A stretch of 64,000 bases of DNA, from assembly GCA_040290295.1 (NCBI GenBank), contig PSMW01000001.1, forward strand, positions 79,298-143,297, given 5' to 3'. The position numbers were made by a program, and so were the translations under genes. A model generated the notes under the pieces. That model ran no database searches. It was given only the letters and a program-made list of their open reading frames with translations, and had not been told where the DNA came from. Below are positions 25,836-33,823 of the stretch, in pieces. The stretch comes from Ignavibacteria bacterium. GTDB lineage: Bacteria; Bacteroidota; Ignavibacteria; UBA10030; UBA6906. How positions within the stretch are numbered: position 1 is the stretch's first letter; each line of letters begins with the position of its first letter.

Positions 25836-26391
25836 CGACGACACCATCTCACGGCGTGTTTTGACCGCAGCGCTCAAATCCTTCGGTCACGAGGTCGTGG
25901 AAACCCGCGACGGGGCTGACGCTTGGGCAGAGTATCGAGTCAATCACTATCCGCTGGTCATCTCCGACTGGATGATGCCCAACGTGGACGGTGTTGAATT
26001 GTGTCGGCGGATTCGCACCGACCAGAGACCGAAGTACACGTACGTCATCCTGCTGACCTCACTGGAGGGAAAAGAAAAGTATCTGGAGGGCATGGAAGCA
26101 GGGGCGGACGACTTCATCAGCAAGCCCTTCGATAGAGACACCCTTCTTGCCCGTATCCGCGTTGCCGAACGGATTCTCGCCTTGCAGGCGGAAGTGAAGC
26201 AGTTGGAAGGCTTGCTTCCTATCTGCGCCTACTGCAAGAAAATCAAAGACGACGCAAACCAGTGGCAGCACATGGAAACCTACATCTCTCACCGCACCGA
26301 AGCGAACTTCTCTCACGGTATTTGCCCTGACTGCTACCAGAAGCACATGGTGCCGCAGTTGCAACAACTCCGCAAAGCGCATAGCGGTTGA
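25816..26391 (+). CDS. Response regulator: receiver domain plus C-terminal Cys/His-rich (double CxxC) tail
   Basis: REC: [32 protein letters not shown]. Tail: [44 protein letters not shown]. Overlaps the hybrid kinase gene by 20 nt. Confidence 0.85.
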   Translation: MKILTADDDTISRRVLTAALKSFGHEVVETRDGADAWAEYRVNHYPLVISDWMMPNVDGVELCRRIRTDQRPKYTYVILLTSLEGKEKYLEGMEAGADDFISKPFDRDTLLARIRVAERILALQAEVKQLEGLLPICAYCKKIKDDANQWQHMETYISHRTEANFSHGICPDCYQKHMVPQLQQLRKAHSG

Positions 26392-26484
26392 ACAATCCGC
26401 CAAGTGTCGGATACTAGCCAACACCATCCGCGGTTCACAGCATTCGCTCATACGATTTTTCGCACAGACATGATGGAATCCGCT

Positions 26485-26500
26485 TGGCACTTGTATTGCA
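26485..26500 (+). promoter_or_regulatory. Canonical sigma-54 promoter (TGGCAC-N5-TTGCA) of the flgB operon
   Basis: TGGCACTTGTATTGCA matches the -24/-12 consensus exactly. It lies 51 nt upstream of the flgB ATG in a 150-bp intergenic region. Confidence 0.75.
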
Positions 26501-26550
26501 GATTTCAGTGCAGGCAGACAGAGGTGTGAACGCACAAGAAGGTGACGACG

Positions 26551-26979
26551 ATGGGATTGTTCGATGCAACCAAGATTCCGCTGCTGAGCAAGGCGTTGGA
26601 TGCGTACGCGTTGCGGCAAAAGGTGAGCGCTTCCAACATTGCCAACATCACGACGGCGGGATACAAGAGTCAGCGAGTATCGTTCGAGGAGCAGCTTGCG
26701 GACGCGCAGGCAGGCATGCATGTGCGAGGCGCGCAGACGAACGCGAAGCACCTTCCGGTCGGCTCGCCGCATGGTATCGAACAGATTCGCCCCGAAGTGC
26801 ACAACGTCGCGGACGATCCTCCGCCCGGTTACAACGAGATGGCAAGCGGCTTCAACGATGTGGATATCGATGTCGAGATGGCGGAGATGGTAAAGAACCA
26901 GATTCGGTACAAATTCAGCGCTCGGATGTTGGGGGATACGATCAAGGGGATTCAAAAAGCGATACGGGGCACGCTATGA
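26551..26979 (+). CDS. flgB: Flagellar basal-body rod protein FlgB
   Basis: LSKALDAYALRQKVSASNIANITTAGYKSQRVSFEE is the rod-protein N-terminal signature. An AAGAAGG RBS sits before ATG 26551; the ORF-track GTG is at 26542. Confidence 0.9.
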   Translation: MGLFDATKIPLLSKALDAYALRQKVSASNIANITTAGYKSQRVSFEEQLADAQAGMHVRGAQTNAKHLPVGSPHGIEQIRPEVHNVADDPPPGYNEMASGFNDVDIDVEMAEMVKNQIRYKFSARMLGDTIKGIQKAIRGTL

Positions 26980-27479
26980 AAATCGAAAAGCTTTTTGCCG
27001 GTCTTAGCATCAGCGCGATGGGACTGAGTGCGCAACGGAAACGGATGAACGCCATCGCCAACAACATTGCGAACGCGGAAACCACGCGCACGGAAGCCGG
27101 AACACCGTACCGCCGGAAAGTTGTCTCGATGCAATCGGTAGGCGCAGAGACGTTCGAGACCGCCGTTGCGCAGCAAGCTACAGCCGTGCGACTCAAAGCT
27201 ACCCAGCAAGGTCATTTTTCTGGAAGCGATGTGGCATTCCGCGAGGTGGCATCGCTGCCCGGTAGTGTCGAAGCGCAGGAAGGAGAGGATATGTCGGATT
27301 TCAGACTCATGCACGATCCGACGCATCCCGATGCGGATGAGCAGGGGTATGTGAAAATGCCGAACGTGAACATCGTAACGGAAATGGTCGATATGATGTC
27401 CGCCTCGCGGGCATACGAAGCGAACATCACGGTGTTGAACGCGCAGAAAGCGATGGCAAAAGATACGTTGGAGATCTGA
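26976..27479 (+). CDS. flgC: Flagellar basal-body rod protein FlgC
   Basis: MKIEKLFAGLSISAMGLSAQRKRMNAIANNIANAETTRT... and C-terminal VNIVTEMVDMMSASRAYEANITVLNAQKAM. ATGA overlap with flgB. Confidence 0.92.
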   Translation: MKIEKLFAGLSISAMGLSAQRKRMNAIANNIANAETTRTEAGTPYRRKVVSMQSVGAETFETAVAQQATAVRLKATQQGHFSGSDVAFREVASLPGSVEAQEGEDMSDFRLMHDPTHPDADEQGYVKMPNVNIVTEMVDMMSASRAYEANITVLNAQKAMAKDTLEI

Positions 27480-27481
27480 AC

Positions 27482-27766
27482 ATGAACGTGAACCGAATTT
27501 CTCTTCCACCCTCCCCTCTCCAAACGCCGGCACACACGGCGCCTTCTGCGGAGAAAACTTTTCACGATCAGCTTGCCCAGCATGCTACGCCGGTGCAAAA
27601 GGCAGCGTCGCCGCAACCCGATGCGATCCTGACGGATGCGGAGAAGGAATTCTTCGAGAATCTCTACCCGGCGTCGGTGGAGGCGATTCGCTCGTACAGC
27701 CCGTACCATCGGGATGCCGCCACGACATCGGCAAGGGTCGGAACACTTGTGGATAGGAAAGGATGA
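27482..27766 (+). CDS. Hypothetical Pro/Ala-rich protein inserted between flgC and fliE
   Basis: 94-aa ORF starting 2 nt after the flgC stop and ending 6 nt before fliE. MNVNRISLPPSPLQTPAHTAPSAEKTFHDQL...EKEFFENLYPASVEAIRSY. No recognised family. Confidence 0.45.
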   Translation: MNVNRISLPPSPLQTPAHTAPSAEKTFHDQLAQHATPVQKAASPQPDAILTDAEKEFFENLYPASVEAIRSYSPYHRDAATTSARVGTLVDRKG

Positions 27767-27772
27767 GAGACG

Positions 27773-28069
27773 ATGCAAGAACTTCAATTGCTCCCCGAAC
27801 TCGGCGGTGCGGGTCGCCGCAACGTCGAGAAATTGTTGAAGGAAACGAATATATCGTTCAGCGAAACATTGAATCAAGCCGTTCGCGATGTCAATGCGCT
27901 GCAAGGTGAAGCAGGCAAAGCCATCGAGCGGATGGTGAGCGGTGAGGCGACTGACCTGCACGAAGTCATGATCGCTGTGGAGAAAGCGAAGACGAGTTTC
28001 GAGCTGTTGATGGAGATACGCAACAAAGCGATCGATGCCTACAAAGAAATCATGAGAATGCAGGTGTAG
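27773..28069 (+). CDS. fliE: Flagellar hook-basal body complex protein FliE
   Basis: SFSETLNQAVRDVNALQGEAGKAIERMVSGEATDLHEVMIAVEKAKTSFELLMEIRNKAIDAYKEIMRMQV is the canonical FliE sequence. Confidence 0.92.
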   Translation: MQELQLLPELGGAGRRNVEKLLKETNISFSETLNQAVRDVNALQGEAGKAIERMVSGEATDLHEVMIAVEKAKTSFELLMEIRNKAIDAYKEIMRMQV

Positions 28070-28070
28070 C

Positions 28071-29657
28071 ATGACAGAATTCCAGTCGCAGGTGCGAACG
28101 CAGTTCACCGATCTGCTGCGCCGGCTCTCGTTCGCGCAGCGCATCGCGCTCGGTGCGGTCACCATCGGCGCGGTTGCTGCGATCATCCTGTTGGTGACGT
28201 ACGCGAACCGCCCGACCTTCGGCATCCTCTACAGCAATCTTGCACCACAAGATGCTGCCAAGATCGTCGAGAAGCTTCAGGAAAAGAAGATTCCGTACCA
28301 ACTGGAAGACGCCGGCAAGACGGTCTTGATCCCAAAGGAGAAGATCTACGACCTGCGGCTTGCGTTTGCAGGAGAGGGGTTGCCGCAATCCAGTATCATC
28401 GGGTACGAAATTTTCGACCGAACGAATCTGGGGGTATCGGATTTCGTGCAGAGGGTGAACTACCGGCGTGCGATGGAGGGTGAGTTGGCGAGAACCATTC
28501 TTGGGTTGGAAGAGGTGGAGGCTGCTCGCGTCCACATTGTGGTGCCGGAGAAATCGCTGTTCAAAGAAGACGCGAAACCCACAACAGCGTCGGTTGTCTT
28601 GAAGCTCAAATCGGGGAAGCCCCTGCGGCACGAATCGATTCAAGGGATCATCCACCTGGTAGCAAGCAGTGTGGAAGGGCTGGAGCCGGTGAACGTCACC
28701 ATTATCGATTCGCGCGGCGCGCTGCTCTCGGACACGGAAAAAGCGAACACGCTTGCTGCGAGGACCGGCACGCAGTACCAATTGCAACAGAAAGTTGAAT
28801 CCTATCTTGCCCAAAAAGCCCAGATGATGTTGGAAGGCATTGTCGGTGCAGGCAACGCTCGCGTGCAGGTTACCGCCGAACTCGATTTCCGTCAGGTCGA
28901 ACGCACGCTCGAACAATACGATCCCGACAAAACCGTTGTCCGAAGCGAGCAGATCACGGAAGAAAAGAACGTGCTGAAAGATTCCAGCCAGCCATCCACC
29001 CGTAACAACACCGTGACGAACTATGAAATCAACAAGACGCTCGAGCACATTGTCGAGAATGTCGGCGGGATCAAACGCCTGTCCATTGCTGCAGTGGTCA
29101 ACGGTGTTCCGGTGCCCCAAGAACGTGACGGCAAGACGGTGATCGAGTACCAGCCGCGTAAACCGGAGGAGATGGTGCAATTGGAGGAGATCGTGAAGCG
29201 AGCAGTTGGATACGATTCGACGCGCAATGACGACGTTTCGGTTGTGAACTTGCCTTTCGGTGTGGGGGTCGAAGCGGATGACTTCTTCTACAAAGACAAG
29301 CCCGGAACGAGCTGGCAGGAAGTGTTCGAAGATCAAGTGTACGGTAAACTCTTCCTTCTTGTCGCCATGGTCGGCGCCGTGGTGATCCTGTGGTTCTTGC
29401 TGAGCAAGCTACGGGCACCAAAAGTGGTAGAGGAGAAATGGGGAAAGGAGATCACAGCCGTCGCAGGTATGCTGACGACCGCATCGGAGGGTACTCTCGG
29501 CGCACCACCTGATCGACGAGAACTGCCGGCGCCGGAAGAAATGATCTCGGAGGAAGCGCGCAGCCGGGAAGAACGTATCAAGGCGGTTACACGGTACATC
29601 GAGCAACGTCCGAAGGATGCAGGACGCCTGCTCAAGGTATGGTTGGCTGATACCTAG
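28071..29657 (+). CDS. fliF: Flagellar M-ring protein FliF
   Basis: N-terminal TM followed by PTFGILYSNLAPQDAAKIVEKLQEKKIPYQLEDAGKTVLIPKEKIYDLRLAFAGEGLP. A second TM lies near the C-terminus. 528 aa. Confidence 0.95.
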   Translation: MTEFQSQVRTQFTDLLRRLSFAQRIALGAVTIGAVAAIILLVTYANRPTFGILYSNLAPQDAAKIVEKLQEKKIPYQLEDAGKTVLIPKEKIYDLRLAFAGEGLPQSSIIGYEIFDRTNLGVSDFVQRVNYRRAMEGELARTILGLEEVEAARVHIVVPEKSLFKEDAKPTTASVVLKLKSGKPLRHESIQGIIHLVASSVEGLEPVNVTIIDSRGALLSDTEKANTLAARTGTQYQLQQKVESYLAQKAQMMLEGIVGAGNARVQVTAELDFRQVERTLEQYDPDKTVVRSEQITEEKNVLKDSSQPSTRNNTVTNYEINKTLEHIVENVGGIKRLSIAAVVNGVPVPQERDGKTVIEYQPRKPEEMVQLEEIVKRAVGYDSTRNDDVSVVNLPFGVGVEADDFFYKDKPGTSWQEVFEDQVYGKLFLLVAMVGAVVILWFLLSKLRAPKVVEEKWGKEITAVAGMLTTASEGTLGAPPDRRELPAPEEMISEEARSREERIKAVTRYIEQRPKDAGRLLKVWLADT

Positions 29658-29701
29658 CATCTCGCACAGTGCATGTCCCATAGCGCGTAGTCTAACGACA
29701 A

Positions 29702-30727
29702 ATGGTAGCGACAGCATCGACATCATCCAATCTGAGCAACAAGCAAAAGGCAGCGCTCCTGATGTTAGCGTTGGACCTCCCGACCTCGACGGCGCTCATG
29801 CGGAGCCTCTCGCAGCAGGAGATTGAGGACCTCACCGTCGAGATTACAAAACTCAAAGGAGTACCTGCAGCCGTGATCGACCGCGTGATCGATGAGTTTC
29901 AGCAGTTGATCACTGCTCAGGAGTTCCTGATCGAAGGTGGAACCGAACAGGCACAAGCCCTTCTGGAGAAATCGCTGGGACCTGAACGTGCGGCTGTCAT
30001 TCTCGAGCGTGTCCGCGGTGTCACGAATGTCCGCGGTTTCAATAATCTTAAGAAAGTGGACGCGTATCAAATCGCCACCTTCGTGCAAAAGGAGCACCCG
30101 CAAACAATCGCGTTGATTCTCTCGAACCTTCGAACGGAGCAAGTGGCGGAAGTGCTCTCGGAATTTCCTCAGGCACTTCGCAACGATGTCGTGTACCGCA
30201 TGGCGACGTTGGGAAAGGTGTCCCCTACGTTGCTCTCCGAAATGGAAGAAGCGCTTGAGGCGGTTGCTGAAACAGAGATGGCGCTCGGCGTCAGCGAAAC
30301 CGGAGGACCCAAATCGGTTGCAACCATTCTCAATCGCGTTGGCGGCGACACGGCAAAAGAAATTATGGAGCACCTCGAAAAGAGGGAACCGCAGCTTGCG
30401 CAAGAGATCAAGAATCTGATGTTCATGTTCGAGGACATCGTGTACGTGGACGATCGCGGTATCCAGCGCATCTTGCGTGAAGTTGATAAGAAAGACCTTG
30501 CGTTGGCGTTGAAGGTGGTGGACGAGAAGCTGAAAACCAAGATTCTTTCCAACATGTCCGAGCGTGCACGCGAGTTGTTGCAAGAAGAGTTGGAGTATAT
30601 GGGACCGGTGCGTTTGAAAGAAGTCGAGGCGGCACAGGCGCGCATCGTCGCGATCGTCAAGCAACTGGAAGAAGCGGGAGAAATCATCATTGCAGGAAGG
30701 GGAGGATCGGAAGAACTTGTCGTCTAA
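29702..30727 (+). CDS. fliG: Flagellar motor switch protein FliG
   Basis: KAALLMLALDLPTSTALMRSLSQQEIEDLTVEI..., MFMFEDIVYVDDRGIQRILREVD, EELEYMGPVRLKEVEAAQARIV. Confidence 0.95.
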   Translation: MVATASTSSNLSNKQKAALLMLALDLPTSTALMRSLSQQEIEDLTVEITKLKGVPAAVIDRVIDEFQQLITAQEFLIEGGTEQAQALLEKSLGPERAAVILERVRGVTNVRGFNNLKKVDAYQIATFVQKEHPQTIALILSNLRTEQVAEVLSEFPQALRNDVVYRMATLGKVSPTLLSEMEEALEAVAETEMALGVSETGGPKSVATILNRVGGDTAKEIMEHLEKREPQLAQEIKNLMFMFEDIVYVDDRGIQRILREVDKKDLALALKVVDEKLKTKILSNMSERARELLQEELEYMGPVRLKEVEAAQARIVAIVKQLEEAGEIIIAGRGGSEELVV

Positions 30728-31436
30728 GGCGATCAAAGTGCACACGCCTGGCGGGGGCGTGCACGTGTTCGGTTCGGGCAGAGGGCACCGCACAGCGATG
30801 CCGTTGCCCGAGTTCGATGCAGCAGGAGTCGAAGAAGAAGGCAGTGCTGCGGAGGAGGCTGCGAACAAACGACAACTCGATGAGCGTACTCCGGCACGCG
30901 CGACGGATGAGATTGAAGAACGATTGCGCGAGGAGTTCAAGGCGGGCTTCGACGAAGGAAGGCGGCATGCAGAAGGAACATTGGCGGAGGAATTTCACCG
31001 AAAGGAAGCGGAGCTTTCTGAGCGCGTCGAAACACTGTTGGGCAATATCATAAGGCAATATCACCAGTTTCAGTCGGCGGCAGAACGCAACGCCGTGCAA
31101 TTGGCGGTCGCGATTGCGGAACGTATCGTGAAGAAAGCGGTCACCATCGACGACGAGTTCGTCCTGCGGCAGATTCATGAAGCCATGAAGCGGGTTGTTG
31201 GTGTTGACCGTATCCGGATTCGTCTCAATCCGGCCGATGAGGAGTTTGTGCGAGCACATCGTCCAGCGCTCTTGACCAGCGCCGACGCGGTGCGTGAACT
31301 GACGTTGGAATCGGACGAAACGATTCCTCGCGGCAGTTGTATGCTCGAAAGTGATGCCGGCAACGTCGATGCAAGCATCGCCACACAACTCGAACGCGTG
31401 GAGGCTGCGTTGTTCAGCGATCAGGAGGCGAGATGA
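30690..31436 (+). CDS. fliH: Flagellar export apparatus protein FliH
   Basis: FKAGFDEGRRHAEGTL..., AVQLAVAIAERIVKKAV, IRIRLNPADEEFV, GSCMLESDAGNVDASIATQLERV. The start is uncertain: TTG 30690 overlaps fliG by 38 nt; GTG 30738 or ATG 30798 are alternatives. Confidence 0.8.
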   Translation: MQEGEDRKNLSSKAIKVHTPGGGVHVFGSGRGHRTAMPLPEFDAAGVEEEGSAAEEAANKRQLDERTPARATDEIEERLREEFKAGFDEGRRHAEGTLAEEFHRKEAELSERVETLLGNIIRQYHQFQSAAERNAVQLAVAIAERIVKKAVTIDDEFVLRQIHEAMKRVVGVDRIRIRLNPADEEFVRAHRPALLTSADAVRELTLESDETIPRGSCMLESDAGNVDASIATQLERVEAALFSDQEAR

Positions 31437-32779
31437 CGAGAACCGACGCCATGCCTGTTGTTCAAACGGACGATTTCTTTCAACCGTATTACGCGCGCTT
31501 GCATCATGCGGATATGCTGAAGGTGAACGGCAGGGTGTCGCAGGTGATCGGGCTGGTCATCGAGTCCATTGGTCCAAATTGTTTTTTAGGGGAAGTGTGC
31601 AAAGTGAAAGCGCGCAGTGGGGAGGACTTGTGTACCGCGGAAGTGGTGGGCTTCCGCGGTAACAAGGTTCTGTCGATGGTGTTAGGCGATGCGGGGCGCG
31701 TCAGCCCGGGAAGCGAAATCGTTGCGACGGGTCAAGCTCTATCGGTGCGCGTTGGGGACAAGCTGTTGGGACGTGTGCTGGATGGCCTTGGCCATCCCAT
31801 CGACGGCAAGGGACCCGTCGAGGCTATGGAGCGCCGATCGATCTACGCCCCGCCGCCGAATCCGCTCGAGCGGAAGCGCATCACCAAGCCAATCGCTACC
31901 GGCATTCGTTCCATCGACACGCTCAAGACCTGCGGTGTTGGTCAGCGCGTTGGCATTTTTGCCGGAAGCGGGGTCGGGAAAAGCGTGACGCTCGGAATGA
32001 TCGCTCGCTACGCCAGCTCGGACGTGAACGTCATCTGCCTGGTTGGTGAACGTGGACGTGAGGTGGGAGAATTCTTGGATAAGGAACTCGGGGAGGAAGG
32101 ACTGCGTCGATCGGTGGTGGTCGTTGCAACGAGCGATCAGGCAGCGCTTATCCGCATCAAGGCGGCATTTCTTGCAACAACGATTGCCGAGTACTTTCGC
32201 GACAAAGGGATGAATGTGATCTTGATGATGGACTCTCTCACACGTTTGGCGATGGCACAGCGCGAAGTGGGCCTCGCAATCGGCGAACCGCCGACGACCA
32301 AGGGCTACACACCTTCGGTCTTTGCCATGCTGCCGAAACTGTTGGAACGGGCAGGCAACAGCAGCAAGGGAAGCATCACGGGTTTGTACACCGTGCTGGT
32401 GGAGGGAGACGATATGAACGAGCCTGTCGCCGATACCGCTCGCTCGATCCTCGACGGACATATCGTTCTTTCGCGCAAGCTCGCCTCGGCAGGACACTAT
32501 CCTGCTGTGGATGTGTTGGAAAGCGTCAGTCGTGTTATGCCCGCAGTAACAACACCCCAGCATCGGGCGGCTGCCGCGCGTTTGCTGGACTTGCTGGCAA
32601 CGTATCGCGAAGCCGAAGACCTGATCAATATCGGTGCGTACGTTCGTGGCAACAACCCGAAGATCGACGAAGCGGTCAAGATGCGGGAAATTATTCGTGC
32701 CTTCCTCCGCCAGCAAGCGGACGAGCACGAAGAGTTCGAAACCAGTGTGCAGGTGTTGATCGAAATGATGCGAGCATAA
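31433..32779 (+). CDS. fliI: Flagellum-specific type-III ATPase FliI
   Basis: Walker A GIFAGSGVGKS, Walker B VILMMDSLTR, and EGDDMNEPVADTARSILDGHIVLSR. ATGA overlap with fliH. Confidence 0.97.
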   Translation: MTRTDAMPVVQTDDFFQPYYARLHHADMLKVNGRVSQVIGLVIESIGPNCFLGEVCKVKARSGEDLCTAEVVGFRGNKVLSMVLGDAGRVSPGSEIVATGQALSVRVGDKLLGRVLDGLGHPIDGKGPVEAMERRSIYAPPPNPLERKRITKPIATGIRSIDTLKTCGVGQRVGIFAGSGVGKSVTLGMIARYASSDVNVICLVGERGREVGEFLDKELGEEGLRRSVVVVATSDQAALIRIKAAFLATTIAEYFRDKGMNVILMMDSLTRLAMAQREVGLAIGEPPTTKGYTPSVFAMLPKLLERAGNSSKGSITGLYTVLVEGDDMNEPVADTARSILDGHIVLSRKLASAGHYPAVDVLESVSRVMPAVTTPQHRAAAARLLDLLATYREAEDLINIGAYVRGNNPKIDEAVKMREIIRAFLRQQADEHEEFETSVQVLIEMMRA

Positions 32780-32783
32780 GACC

Positions 32784-33236
32784 ATGACCAAACCGATAAC
32801 ACGTTTCTCTACCCTCGTTCGCGTGAAGCAACATCAGGAAAAACTCACGCAGCAACAACTCATGCAGATTCGTCAATCGCATCTGCAGGAAAAAGAGATG
32901 CTGGATCGTTTACAGGAGGCGCGGGAAGAAGCCGTGAAGGACACCTACGGCACCGGACGCGCAAAAGCCCACGATTTGCAGATTCACCGTGCGTTTATTT
33001 TTCGACTGACAAGAGAGATCAACCGTCAGACGACGAAAGTGAACGAAATGAAGGAGCAAGAAGAAGCGAAACGCGAGGAGTTGACCCAGCGGGCACAGGC
33101 ACGTCAGATGGTCGAAAAGCTCGACGAGAAGAGCAAGCATGAAGCGATGCGAGAACTTGAACGCAAAGAGCAACACTTCATCGATGAACTCGCACAACGA
33201 TCGAACAAGAAAAGCGACGGGAGGCTTGTACCATGA
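32784..33236 (+). CDS. fliJ: Flagellar export protein FliJ
   Basis: 150-aa coiled-coil protein. FSTLVRVKQHQEKLTQQQLMQIRQ... Position directly after fliI. Confidence 0.75.
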   Translation: MTKPITRFSTLVRVKQHQEKLTQQQLMQIRQSHLQEKEMLDRLQEAREEAVKDTYGTGRAKAHDLQIHRAFIFRLTREINRQTTKVNEMKEQEEAKREELTQRAQARQMVEKLDEKSKHEAMRELERKEQHFIDELAQRSNKKSDGRLVP

Positions 33237-33823
33237 AGGAACTGTTTCCGGTCCTCATATCTTCGCTGGTCACCATCACCGCTCTTATGGTGTTGATAGC
33301 GTTTGTGTACCCACAAGCGTTCTTTCTTATCCCGGGACTTGTCCCGCTGGAACTTGTCCAGCAGACGCCGGCGCAGCAGTCCGACTCCACACACCCAGCG
33401 GCAGACACGACCCACTCGCCGCCGGCAACGGAATCGCATGCTGCAGTTCAGGATAGCTCGCGCAAGCCCGAAGTTCATTCGACGCAGCAACCATCCGACC
33501 GCCATGCAGCAACTTCTCCCTCGGCGGTGGGAGAAAGCGATTCGGTGAAGGAATTGGTCGCGACGATTGCACACCTCCGCGAACGCTTGGCTAAGTCTGC
33601 AACAGGGAGTGGAGATTCGCTCTCCGATGCAGAGGCGCGAACCATGGCACAAATCTTCGAAGCGATGGATCCGGAAAGTGCTGCGCGTATCCTGAACAAC
33701 ATGGACGACTTTGCAGTGAAACAGGTTCTGACGGCTATGAAGAAACGTCAGAGTGCCAAGATTCTCGCAGCGCTCAATCCGAAACAAGCAGCTCGTATCC
33801 TCAAAGTGAAAGGTGAACTATGA
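33233..33823 (+). CDS. MotE/YlxF/FlbB-like flagellar protein (N-terminal TM plus MgtE_N-type helical C-terminus)
   Basis: N-terminal TM helix, a Pro/Ser/Thr-rich linker, and a C-terminus MAQIFEAMDPESAARILNNMDDFAVKQVLTAMKKRQSAKILAALNPKQAARIL. Same position as B. subtilis ylxF. ATGA overlap with fliJ. Confidence 0.6.
   Translation: MKELFPVLISSLVTITALMVLIAFVYPQAFFLIPGLVPLELVQQTPAQQSDSTHPAADTTHSPPATESHAAVQDSSRKPEVHSTQQPSDRHAATSPSAVGESDSVKELVATIAHLRERLAKSATGSGDSLSDAEARTMAQIFEAMDPESAARILNNMDDFAVKQVLTAMKKRQSAKILAALNPKQAARILKVKGEL

Noticed and set aside
30690-30727. 38-nt overlap between fliG and the ORF-track fliH start, considered as a possible frameshift or fusion signal
   Set aside because: It is more simply explained by an uncertain fliH start (the alternatives GTG 30738 and ATG 30798 lie downstream of the fliG stop). 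No slippery sequence was noticed.
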